Below are positions 1 through 8,267 of a stretch of DNA of 32,000 nt, in pieces. Location: positions 3,030,001-3,062,000 of the forward strand of contig OW818675.1 of NCBI GenBank assembly GCA_942493095.1, read 5' to 3'. Each line of letters begins with the position of its first letter. Position 1 is the first letter of the stretch. Below the pieces are notes generated by a model, which saw only the letters and a list, made by a program, of their open reading frames with translations, searched no databases and had not been told where the DNA came from. Origin of the DNA: Candidatus Electronema halotolerans (lineage in GTDB: Bacteria > Desulfobacterota > Desulfobulbia > Desulfobulbales > Desulfobulbaceae). The translations under genes and the position numbers were made by a program.

Positions 1-33
1 GTATTTCTCCCAGAGCAGTTTTCCTGCTGCTGC

Positions 34-1215
34 TCATTCCTGCCAGAACGGCGACATTTCCCGCAATCCTGCAATGATTTCCGGCATTTTCGCCAAGACA
101 AAATCCACTTCCTCCTCAGTGTTGTAAATTGAGAGACTGAAGCGGATCGAACCGTGCGCGGCGGTGAAGGGCACGCCCATTGCCCGAAGGACGTGGGACG
201 GTTCCAGCGAACCGGAGGTGCAGGCCGAGCCGGACGAGGCGCAGATATTATGCCGGTTCATGTGGAGAAGGATGGCCTCGCCTTCGACGTACTCAAAGCT
301 GATGTTGCTGGTGTTGGGCAGCCGCTGCTCGGCGTGGCCGTTGCGCATGGATTTGGGCACCGCCGCCAGCAGACCCTGCTCCAGCTTGTCGCGCAGAGCA
401 CGGACCCGCGTGTTTTCCTCTGCCATCCTCTGCCCGGCAAGCTCACAGGCCTTGCCCAAGCCGACAATTGCCGCCACGTTCTCGGTGCCGCCCCGGCGGC
501 CCTTTTCCTGATGCCCGCCGTGCAAAAATGGAACAAATGGCGTTCCCTTGCGCACATAGAGCGCGCCAATGCCTTTTGGCGCATGGAGCTTGTGGCCGGA
601 CAGGGAGAGAAAATCAATTTGATTGCTCTTCATGTTGATTGGCACCTTGCCCACGGCCTGCACTGCATCTGTGTGGAAAAGGATGCCGCGCTCCTTAGCC
701 ATGACCGCCATCTCCTCCACCGGAAAGATGACCCCGGTCTCGTTGTTGGCCCACATGATTGAAGCGATGGCAGTGTTGTCGGCAAGAGCCTCGTAATAGC
801 TGTCTATATTGAGGGTGCCGTCCTCTGCCACACCAAGGCGGGTTGTGTGATACTGATGACCGGTTAGCTGGCCGAGATTCTCGCAGAGATTTTTGACTGC
901 CGGATGCTCGACTTTGGTGGTCACCAACTGCCGCTTGTCTTGGTAGGATTGAAGGGCGGAGAGAATGGCAGTGGAGTCGCTTTCTGTGCCGCAGCTAGTG
1001 AAAACGATTTCCTCCGGCTCCGCGCCGAGCAGCTCGGCGACGTGGCCGCGAGCCTCAGCCACCACCCGCCCGACTTGGCCGCCAAAACTGTGCATGGACG
1101 AGGGATTGCCGTAGCAGTCGCTGAGAAAGGGCAGCATCGCCTCCAGCACTTCCGGGGCAATCCGGGTGGTGGCGTTGTTGTCCATGTAGATGACCTTGCT
1201 TGCGTCGCAGTCCAT
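34..1215 (-). CDS. nifS: Cysteine desulfurase, NifS type (class V aminotransferase)
   Basis: 393-aa ORF. PLP-lysine context SGHKLHAPKGIGALYV and active-site Cys loop SSGSACTSG are present. The start codon overlaps the nifU stop (ATGA), suggesting translational coupling. Confidence 0.9.
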   Translation of the reverse strand: MDCDASKVIYMDNNATTRIAPEVLEAMLPFLSDCYGNPSSMHSFGGQVGRVVAEARGHVAELLGAEPEEIVFTSCGTESDSTAILSALQSYQDKRQLVTTKVEHPAVKNLCENLGQLTGHQYHTTRLGVAEDGTLNIDSYYEALADNTAIASIMWANNETGVIFPVEEMAVMAKERGILFHTDAVQAVGKVPINMKSNQIDFLSLSGHKLHAPKGIGALYVRKGTPFVPFLHGGHQEKGRRGGTENVAAIVGLGKACELAGQRMAEENTRVRALRDKLEQGLLAAVPKSMRNGHAEQRLPNTSNISFEYVEGEAILLHMNRHNICASSGSACTSGSLEPSHVLRAMGVPFTAAHGSIRFSLSIYNTEEEVDFVLAKMPEIIAGLREMSPFWQE

Positions 1216-2051
1216 CAGCGTGCCTCCTCGACAATCAGGGTTTCGGCCACCTGCTCGCGCAGTTTCTTTTCCACGTAATTCTTGAGCGTGGTGAATGAGG
1301 ATTGACAGCGGGCGCAGGCTCCGCGCAGGGAGACCGTGACAATATCGCCTTCAACATCAATCAGCTCAATATCGCCGCCGTCCTTTTTCAGGGTGGGACG
1401 AATCTCCCGTTCGATCACCTCTTCAATTTTTTTGATTTTCTGGAGGGTGGTCATGCGCGGTGTCTTGACTGGGACCGTCTTTGCCCCTGCCAGCTCCTGC
1501 ACGGTCTGCTGGAGCAGTTCGCGCAGCCGGTCTTCGCACTTGCCGCAGCCGCCGCCCGCCTTGGTGTAGTTGGTGATTTCCTCGACCGAGCGCAGGCTTG
1601 ATTCACGGATGGCATGGATGATCTCCAGATCAGTCACGCCAAAGCATTCGCAGACCACATTGCCCTGCGCCATAGGCAGGATCACGCCCCGATAGTTGGC
1701 AATGGCCGCTTCCAAGGCTTCCCGGCCCATGACTGAGCAGTGCATCTTCTCCTTGGGCAGGCCGCCGAGCGCGTCAGCAATGTCCTGATTGGTGATCTTG
1801 GCCGCTTCGTCAATCGACATGCCTTTGATCAGCTCGGTCAGCACCGAGGAGGAGGCAATGGCTGAGGCGCAGCCAAAGGTTTTAAATTTTGCGTCCGTGA
1901 TGATGCCGTCCGCATCCACCTGAATGGTCAGCTTGAGCGCGTCGCCGCAGGCCAAAGAGCCGACCTCGCCAGTGCCGCTCGGCTTGTCCAGCACGCCGAC
2001 ATTTTTCGGATTGATGAAGTGCTCCCGCACCTTGTCTGTATAATCCCACAT
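1215..2051 (-). CDS. nifU: Fe-S cluster assembly scaffold NifU (full three-domain form)
   Basis: 278-aa ORF. N-terminal IscU-like Cys triad (LACGD, FGCASA, MHCSVMG), central 2Fe-2S module (CECFGV, GGGCGKCE) and C-terminal NifU domain (RGACARCQSS). Confidence 0.9.
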   Translation of the reverse strand: MWDYTDKVREHFINPKNVGVLDKPSGTGEVGSLACGDALKLTIQVDADGIITDAKFKTFGCASAIASSSVLTELIKGMSIDEAAKITNQDIADALGGLPKEKMHCSVMGREALEAAIANYRGVILPMAQGNVVCECFGVTDLEIIHAIRESSLRSVEEITNYTKAGGGCGKCEDRLRELLQQTVQELAGAKTVPVKTPRMTTLQKIKKIEEVIEREIRPTLKKDGGDIELIDVEGDIVTVSLRGACARCQSSFTTLKNYVEKKLREQVAETLIVEEAR

Positions 2052-2259
2052 GATATGCTGTTCCTTGCGTTGTCCTTGCAGGCTTGCGCCGCTTTCTGTT
2101 TTTTCAGGCCAGATTACCTCAAAATCAGCGGTCCTGCACGGGTTAAGGTTGACAGGACGGAAAAATTTTTATAAAAGTCCTTACTTGAGGAGTAAAATCG
2201 TCCGGCTTCAGGCTGGTCACACATAACACTGATAACTGCGGGTTCAGGGAGATTGAAAT

Positions 2260-4704
2260 ATGGGACAGGCGCACGATGAAAAACTGATTCTTTGGTTTGA
2301 TGAGATCGGCATTGAGGATGTGCCCCTTGTGGGCGGCAAAAATGCCTCGCTGGGCGAGATGTATCAGCATCTGACCGGCAAGGGCGTGGCTGTCCCGCAT
2401 GGTTTTGCGATCACTGCCTACGCCTACCGCTATCTGCTCAAAGAGGCGGGCGTTGAAGAGGAAATCAGGAAGGTGCTCTCTGATCTGGACACCGAGGACA
2501 TGGCCAACTTGGCCGAGCGCGGCGAGAAATGCCGGAACATCATCCGCAACGCCCCGTTTCCGCCCCTGCTGCGCGACGCGATCATTGAGGCCTACAAGAA
2601 GATGGAGGCTGAATATGGCGAGAACGTGGATGTGGCTGTCCGTTCCTCAGCCACGGCGGAAGACCTGCCTGATGCCTCGTTTGCCGGTCAGCAAGAGACC
2701 TATCTGAACATTCACGGCTACGAGAACATCATTCAGAACTGCCGCAAGTGCTTTGCCTCGCTGTTCACCAATCGGGCGATTTCTTACCGTCAGCATCAGG
2801 GCTATGGCCAGTTTGACGTTTATCTGTCAATCACCATTCAGAAGATGGTGCGCTCTGACTCGGCCTGCTCCGGCGTTATGTTCTCCATTGACACAGAGTC
2901 CGGCTTCAAGGATGCGGTCTTCATCACCGGTGCTTGGGGCTTGGGCGAGAACGTGGTGCAGGGCGCGGTCAACCCGGACGAGTATTACGTCTTCAAGCCG
3001 ACCCTGAAGCAGGGCAAGCGGCCTGTGGTCAGCAAGAAGGTCGGTTCCAAGGCGATCAAGATGATCTATGACAACGACCCTGCCAGCCCGGAGCCGGTCA
3101 GGAACATTGACACCACTGAGGCGGAGCGCAACGCCTATGTAATCAACGATGATGAGATTCTTCAGCTCGGCAGCTGGGCCTGCATCATCGAGGAGCATTA
3201 CAAGAAGGGCATGGACATCGAGTGGGCCAAGGACGGCGACGGCGTGAACGTCGGCACTGGCAAACTGTTCATTGTCCAAGCCCGGCCTGAGACCGTGCAT
3301 TCGCAGGCAAAAAAAGGCATGATCGAGACCTACAAGCTGCTGGAGCACGGCAAGGTGCTGACCGAGGGCTTGGCAGTCGGCAGCAAGATTGGCCAAGGCG
3401 TGGCCCACTGCATTGCGGATGCCAAAGATATTGGCACGTTCCGCAAGGGCGAAGTGTTGGTCACAGACATGACCGATCCTGACTGGGAGCCGATCATGAA
3501 GATTGCTGCCGCCATTGTCACCAACCGGGGCGGTCGCACCTGCCATGCCGCGATCATTTCCCGCGAGCTGGGCATTCCCTGCGTCATCGGCACCGGCGAC
3601 GGCTCGGAGCGGATCGTCACCGGGCAGGAAGTCACAGCCTGCTGCGCTGAGGGCGAGACTGGCTATGTTTATGAAGGTCTGCTCAAATATGAGGTGCAGA
3701 AAACCGATCTCAGCAGCATGCCGCCGACCAAGACCAAGATCATGATGAACTTGGCCATCCCGGAGAAAGCCTTCTCCGAATGCCAGATTCCCAACGACGG
3801 CGTTGGCTTGGCCCGCGAGGAGTTTGTCATCAACTCCCATATTGGCCTGCATCCGCTCGCGTTGTACAACTACGAGGAGCTGAAGGCATCGAGCGACCCG
3901 GAGAAGCAGGAGGTTGTCCGTCTGATTGATGCGAAGACTGGTGCATACACGGACAAGAAGCAGTTCTTTATCGACAAGGTGGCCGAAGGCGTGGGCCGGA
4001 TTGCTGCTGGTTTCTATCCGAAAGATGTCATTGTCCGCCTTTCTGACTTCAAGAGCAATGAGTACGCCAACCTTGCAGGCGGTCATTTCTACGAGCCGGA
4101 AGAGGAAAACCCGATGATCGGCTGGCGCGGCGCGTCCCGCTACTACGATCCCAAGTACCGGCCTGCCTTTGAGCTGGAGTGCCAAGGCCTGCTCAAGGCC
4201 CGTAATGACATGGGCCTGACCAATATCAAGCTGATGGTTCCTTTCTGCCGCACCCCGGAAGAGGGTAAAAAGGTCATTGAGGTCATGCGTGAATGCGGCT
4301 TAGTGCAGGGCGAGAACGGCTTGGAGCTGTACGTGATGTGCGAGATTCCGAGCAACGTCATCTGCGCGGATGCGTTCGCTGACATTTTTGATGGCTTCTC
4401 CATCGGCTCCAACGATTTGACTCAGCTCACTTACGGCCTTGACCGCGACTCCGGCATCCTGACCGGCATTGCGGACGAGCGCCATGAGGCGGTCAAAGAA
4501 ATGATCCGCATGGTGATCAAGACTGCCAAGCGGCGCGGGCGGAAGATCGGCATCTGCGGCCAAGGGCCGTCCGACTTCCCGGACTTTGCCACCTTCTTGG
4601 TTGAAGAGGGCATTGACTCCATGTCCCTGATCCCGGACACGGTCATCAAGACCCGTTTGGCTGTGCATGAGAAGGAAAAGGAGCTGGGCATCGCGCCGGA
4701 GTAA
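2260..4704 (+). CDS. ppsA: Phosphoenolpyruvate synthase (pyruvate, water dikinase)
   Basis: 814-aa ORF. ATP-grasp N-terminus (VPLVGGKNASLGEM), phospho-His swivel motif GGRTCHAAIISRELGIPCV and C-terminal PEP-utilising domain (GICGQGPSD). The last ~600 nt are repeated twice downstream. Confidence 0.95.
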   Translation: MGQAHDEKLILWFDEIGIEDVPLVGGKNASLGEMYQHLTGKGVAVPHGFAITAYAYRYLLKEAGVEEEIRKVLSDLDTEDMANLAERGEKCRNIIRNAPFPPLLRDAIIEAYKKMEAEYGENVDVAVRSSATAEDLPDASFAGQQETYLNIHGYENIIQNCRKCFASLFTNRAISYRQHQGYGQFDVYLSITIQKMVRSDSACSGVMFSIDTESGFKDAVFITGAWGLGENVVQGAVNPDEYYVFKPTLKQGKRPVVSKKVGSKAIKMIYDNDPASPEPVRNIDTTEAERNAYVINDDEILQLGSWACIIEEHYKKGMDIEWAKDGDGVNVGTGKLFIVQARPETVHSQAKKGMIETYKLLEHGKVLTEGLAVGSKIGQGVAHCIADAKDIGTFRKGEVLVTDMTDPDWEPIMKIAAAIVTNRGGRTCHAAIISRELGIPCVIGTGDGSERIVTGQEVTACCAEGETGYVYEGLLKYEVQKTDLSSMPPTKTKIMMNLAIPEKAFSECQIPNDGVGLAREEFVINSHIGLHPLALYNYEELKASSDPEKQEVVRLIDAKTGAYTDKKQFFIDKVAEGVGRIAAGFYPKDVIVRLSDFKSNEYANLAGGHFYEPEEENPMIGWRGASRYYDPKYRPAFELECQGLLKARNDMGLTNIKLMVPFCRTPEEGKKVIEVMRECGLVQGENGLELYVMCEIPSNVICADAFADIFDGFSIGSNDLTQLTYGLDRDSGILTGIADERHEAVKEMIRMVIKTAKRRGRKIGICGQGPSDFPDFATFLVEEGIDSMSLIPDTVIKTRLAVHEKEKELGIAPE

Positions 4705-4728
4705 ACGGCGGCGGTAGCGAAGGATGAG

Positions 4729-4764
4729 AAAGGGCGGGGTTGTATCTCGCCCTTTTCTGCTTTT
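4729..4764 (+). terminator. Rho-independent terminator after ppsA
   Basis: Stem aaagggcg / cgcccttt with an 11-nt loop, followed by a T-rich tail (ttttctgctttt). A related hairpin follows ppsA copy 3. Confidence 0.6.
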
Positions 4765-4819
4765 CGATGGAACAGAAGGAAATCAAGGTCATTTTTACGA
4801 AAATGCCAACAAAGGTATC

Positions 4820-6205
4820 ATGAAAATAAAAATTAGAAATCTTGGCGCGTTGAAGCAGGCAGAGTTCATGCTTGGAGAGATGACAATTATATGTGGCAGC
4901 AATAATACAGGAAAAACCTATGCCACCTATGCGCTTTATGGTTTTTTATCTACTTGGCATGAAGTGCTGTCTATTAATGTCGAATCAAAAAATGTAAGTG
5001 AATTGATGACTGATGGTGTGACACATATAGATATCAATAATTATATTAATAATGCTGAACATATATTGTCTGACGGGTGTGCAAGATATACAAATTTTTT
5101 GCCAACAATTTTTGCAGCTCCAAAGGACAGATTCAAAGAGAGCTCATTCGCTGTGACTGTTGCCGCAGATCATATAAAACCTTTTGGAAAATATGAGCGG
5201 CGCATGAAGGCAGCAAGCAAAGAACTGTTCTTTATTACAAAGGAGGAGACCAGCTCTGATGTGGTTGTCACTTTGCTTGTGGAGAAAGGCCGGGTTAGAC
5301 TGCCGCAAGACGTGATCAAAAAAGTTATTGGCAACGCACTGAAAGAAATTATTTTTGGGCAGTTGTTTCCAAACCCGTTCATTGCCAGCGCGGAGAGGAC
5401 AGGCGCGGCCATCTTTCGCAAGGAACTGAATTTTGCCCGCAATCGTCTTCTCGAAGAGATGACGAAAACAGATCAATCGGTCAATCCGGTTGATCTCCTT
5501 TTTAAAACATATCAAGATTATGCGCTTCCAGTGAAGGATAACGTTGACTTTACTCGACAAATTGAAACGTTAGCAAAAAAAAGCAGCTTTATTGATGAAC
5601 AACACCCGGATGTGATAATTAATTTTTCTGATATTATCGGCGGCGAATATCGAGTTACAAAGAATGATGAGCTGTATTATATACCAAAAGGTAAAAGAGT
5701 TAAACTAACGATGGATGAAAGCTCAAGTGCAGTACGTTCATTGCTGGATATCGGTTTTTATTTAAAACACATGGCGCGGCCTGGTGATCTGCTGATGGTA
5801 GATGAGCCAGAACTTAATTTGCACCCGGAAAATCAGCGGCGAGTGGCAAGGCTGTTCGCGAGATTAATCAATCTTGGCATTAAAGTTTTTATTACGACCC
5901 ACAGTGACTATATTATCAAAGAACTGAACACGCTGATCATGCTTAATCATGACAAGCAGCATCTAAAAAATATTGCTGACCGGGAAGGATATCGCAAAGA
6001 TGAACTTATTTCTTCCGATCAAGTCAGAGTTTATATTGCTGAAGAATCAATGGTAAAGCTAGATGGAGGGCAGCGTAAAACCCGCTGTCAAACATTAGTA
6101 CCTGCCGATATAGATCCTGAACTTGGCATTCAAGCACGTAGTTTCGATACAACTATTGAATCCATCAATAGAATTCAAGAAGAAATTGTCTGGGGAGAGG
6201 AGTGA
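4820..6205 (+). CDS. ABC/SMC-like P-loop ATPase (AAA_15/AAA_21-type), predicted defence-system ATPase
   Basis: Walker A GSNNTGKT (nt 4895-4918), signature-like SSSAVRSLL, Walker B/D-loop LLMVDEPELNLHPENQ (DEPE at 5801-5812) and H-loop FITTHSDY. A long insertion separates Walker A from the signature motif. I prefer the ATG at 4820 (MKIKIRNLG...) because the longer frame from 4724 runs through the ppsA terminator. Confidence 0.8.
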   Translation: MKIKIRNLGALKQAEFMLGEMTIICGSNNTGKTYATYALYGFLSTWHEVLSINVESKNVSELMTDGVTHIDINNYINNAEHILSDGCARYTNFLPTIFAAPKDRFKESSFAVTVAADHIKPFGKYERRMKAASKELFFITKEETSSDVVVTLLVEKGRVRLPQDVIKKVIGNALKEIIFGQLFPNPFIASAERTGAAIFRKELNFARNRLLEEMTKTDQSVNPVDLLFKTYQDYALPVKDNVDFTRQIETLAKKSSFIDEQHPDVIINFSDIIGGEYRVTKNDELYYIPKGKRVKLTMDESSSAVRSLLDIGFYLKHMARPGDLLMVDEPELNLHPENQRRVARLFARLINLGIKVFITTHSDYIIKELNTLIMLNHDKQHLKNIADREGYRKDELISSDQVRVYIAEESMVKLDGGQRKTRCQTLVPADIDPELGIQARSFDTTIESINRIQEEIVWGEE

Positions 6206-6208
6206 AGC

Positions 6209-6766
6209 ATGACAGATATTGAACTCCTTGGTCTGATGGTAAAAGATGAAATAAAAGTGTCTACCGAGGATAGAAATGGAAAGTTGTATGTCACATTAAG
6301 TGACCCACAATCTCCCAAAGGTTTAGTCACCATTGCAGGAGTGCCAGATAACGTCCTTGTCATCAAAGCAGATAACTTTGACTCGCCTGATTCATTTTTT
6401 ACTGGCTCAAGAGGAGAATGTAAACGGGCTGATTTCATTATCGCAGCAGAAACCGCACAGAAAAAAGTTATACTGTGCATTGAGATGAAATATAGGAAAG
6501 GCAAGCCAAATGAAATTGTTCAGCAGTTAAGAGGAACTCGCTGCCTTCTTTCTTATTGTCAGGAAATAGGTAAGGCCTTTTGGGACAAGCAAGATTTCCT
6601 TAAAGGGTATGTTTATCGTTTCGTCAGCATAGGCAATCTCAGCATAGCAAAGCAGAAAACCCGGATAGATCGTCAGTCAGCAATACATGACCGACCAGAA
6701 CGGATGATGAAAATTGATTGGCCAAATAGCCGAATCGAATTTAATAGGTTAGCTGGAAAAAGATGA
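6209..6766 (+). CDS. Small protein with PD-(D/E)xK nuclease-like motif (putative effector)
   Basis: 185-aa ORF starting 3 nt after the ATPase stop. Core pattern KRADFIIAAE...KKVILCIEMKYRKG...QQL gives D (6431-6433) on one hydrophobic strand and E-x-K (6482-6490) on the next, as in restriction-endonuclease-fold enzymes. This is a motif-level call only. Confidence 0.6.
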   Translation: MTDIELLGLMVKDEIKVSTEDRNGKLYVTLSDPQSPKGLVTIAGVPDNVLVIKADNFDSPDSFFTGSRGECKRADFIIAAETAQKKVILCIEMKYRKGKPNEIVQQLRGTRCLLSYCQEIGKAFWDKQDFLKGYVYRFVSIGNLSIAKQKTRIDRQSAIHDRPERMMKIDWPNSRIEFNRLAGKR

Positions 6767-6769
6767 TAT

Positions 6770-7123
6770 ATGAAAGCAAACATTGCGAATTCAATAACTA
6801 TCAACAGCAGCTACGCCGAACTGCTGCCTTCTTTTCATGATGACCTTCAGTCTGCAGTTGATGCCGCGCTGCAACGCTATCTGATTGATGAGATTGCCGC
6901 TAAGATTGCTGGCCTGAAGAAGAAAGAAAAGCTGTTCCGGCTCAAATACAGCTGCGATTACAAAACCTTTTCCCAGCGCATAGCTGAGGACGAGGAATAC
7001 ATCAATCAAATTGAGAGCAGTATCAGCAAACTCTGGGAGTCTGATTTAGCTGATTGGGAATTCTGCGAGAAAGGAATAAATGATTGGACGAAAAAGTTGC
7101 AGAATATTTTGCTGCTGTCGTAA
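6770..7123 (+). CDS. Hypothetical small acidic/helical protein (possible antitoxin-like partner)
   Basis: 117-aa ORF starting 3 nt after the previous stop. It overlaps the next ORF by 40 nt. No family was recognised. Confidence 0.55.
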   Translation: MKANIANSITINSSYAELLPSFHDDLQSAVDAALQRYLIDEIAAKIAGLKKKEKLFRLKYSCDYKTFSQRIAEDEEYINQIESSISKLWESDLADWEFCEKGINDWTKKLQNILLLS

Positions 7124-7479
7124 AAACAGCGGCAGACATCTTTGAGAACTGTGCGCATGAGACAGATTTTACACCGGAACGCGCTATCCTCCATCTTCAT
7201 GGGGAATACGATTCATGCAAGATTCTGATCACCGAGCTGTTCAGCGATAAGGTGCGCAAATACCGGTATTACGTTTTACAAGGAAGTCGGGTGGAGGCAG
7301 GCTTTGACAATGCCCCTGATCCACGGGCTATACGAATGAAATACGGCAAGATCGGCAAAGAACACGCTGGTGAGAATATTCCGCATCTTCATCTGGACGA
7401 CAAGACCAGCATGGTGCTGACTGAGGAGATGATGTTCTCTGATTTTGTTGAGTGGTTGCGGAAAAATCCTATCTTCTAA
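7084..7479 (+). CDS. DUF6516/TumE-like small protein (family assignment tentative)
   Basis: 131-aa ORF with a TTG start immediately after an in-frame TGA. aaagga lies about 10 nt upstream. KYRYY...GFDNAP...IPHLHL...FSDFVEWL resembles, from memory, the KYRYHW...WDNAPHH...PHHxH layout of DUF6516 proteins. Confidence 0.5.
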   Translation: MDEKVAEYFAAVVKTAADIFENCAHETDFTPERAILHLHGEYDSCKILITELFSDKVRKYRYYVLQGSRVEAGFDNAPDPRAIRMKYGKIGKEHAGENIPHLHLDDKTSMVLTEEMMFSDFVEWLRKNPIF

Positions 7480-7561
7480 CCAAACCATTTCTCTTTTCCA
7501 CTCCGGTCAAGAGGCGTTTTCCATTGGTCAGAAAATAGTTGCGGCCTTCTGCGGTAGGGTT

Positions 7562-8174
7562 TTACGAGCTTTCCGAACGAGGAAAACCCGATGATTGGCT
7601 GGCGGGCGCGGCGCGTCCCGCTACTACGATCCCAAGTACCGGCCTGCCTTTGAGCTGGAGTGCCAAGGCCTGCTCAAGGCCCGTAATGACATGGGCCTGA
7701 CCAATATCAAGCTGATGGTTCCTTTCTGCCGCACCCCGGAAGAGGGCAAAAAGGTCATTGAGGTGATGCGCGAATGCGGCTTGGTCCAGGGCGAGAACGG
7801 TTTGGAGCTGTACGTGATGTGCGAGATTCCGAGCAACGTCATCTGCGCGGATGCGTTCGCTGACATCTTTGATGGCTTCTCCATCGGCTCCAACGATTTG
7901 ACTCAGCTCACTTACGGCTTAGACCGCGACTCCGGCATCCTGACCGGCATTGCGGACGAGCGTCATGAGGCGGTCAAAGAAATGATCCGCATGGTGATCA
8001 AGACTGCCAAGCGGCGCGGGCGCAAGATCGGCATCTGCGGCCAGGGGCCGTCCGATTTCCCGGACTTCGCCACCTTCTTGGTTGAGGAGGGCATTGACTC
8101 CATGTCCCTGATCCCGGACACGGTCATCAAGACCCGTCTTGCAGTGCATGAGAAGGAGAAGGAGCTGGGCATTG
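7562..8174 (+). pseudogene. ppsA: Displaced ppsA 3'-end fragment (copy 2), truncated at its 3' end by IS66
   Basis: Aligns to ppsA nt ~4085-4692. The encoded 190 aa are identical to copy 1 despite about 20 nucleotide differences. Indels, including an extra ggcg near 7603, break the frame at the 5' junction. The last 4 codons are replaced by the IS end. Confidence 0.85.
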
Positions 8175-8192
8175 GTAACTGATCACAGGGTG
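8175..8192 (+). repeat. IS66 left terminal inverted repeat
   Basis: GTAACTGATCACAGGGTG matches the reverse complement of 9643-9660 at 15 of 18 positions. Confidence 0.7.
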
Positions 8193-8267
8193 TCTCTAAA
8201 AAACACTGGCGCTTGGCATCGCAACTGGATAAATTGTGAGCAGTAATTTTTTCCGCAGGAGAAAGCT

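Larger units (their letters stand above)
4705..7561. other. AT-rich accessory islet bounded by ppsA 3'-end copies 1 and 2
   Basis: GC content is visibly lower than the flanks (judged by eye, not computed). It holds four co-oriented genes with 3-nt gaps or overlap. It is bounded on the left by the end and terminator of intact ppsA and on the right by a displaced ppsA 3' fragment. No integrase is present. Confidence 0.55.

Noticed and set aside
2052-2259. Possible sigma54 (-24/-12) promoter upstream of nifU (GGCGCaagccTGCA on the minus strand)
   Set aside because: The GG to GC spacing is one nucleotide short of the TGGCAC-N5-TTGCA consensus, and no upstream activator sites were recognised.
2827-4185. 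452-aa ORF on the minus strand inside ppsA
   Set aside because: It lies entirely antisense to a confidently identified, motif-rich gene. Its composition is Ala/Gly/Arg/Leu-rich and low-complexity, typical of antisense frames in GC-rich coding DNA.
4724-4819. Upstream extension of the ATPase ORF (the track's start at 4724)
   Set aside because: The extension would be translated through the ppsA terminator hairpin. It adds a non-conserved-looking peptide ahead of the canonical MKIKIRNLG...GxxxxGKT N-terminus, so the ATG at 4820 is preferred.
7595-8182. 195-aa ORF, and the 134-aa ORF at 9649-10053, treated as independent genes
   Set aside because: Both are C-terminal fragments of ppsA lacking the ATP-grasp and phospho-His domains. 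Their apparent starts are alternative or fortuitous codons at junctions. They are annotated as displaced gene fragments instead.
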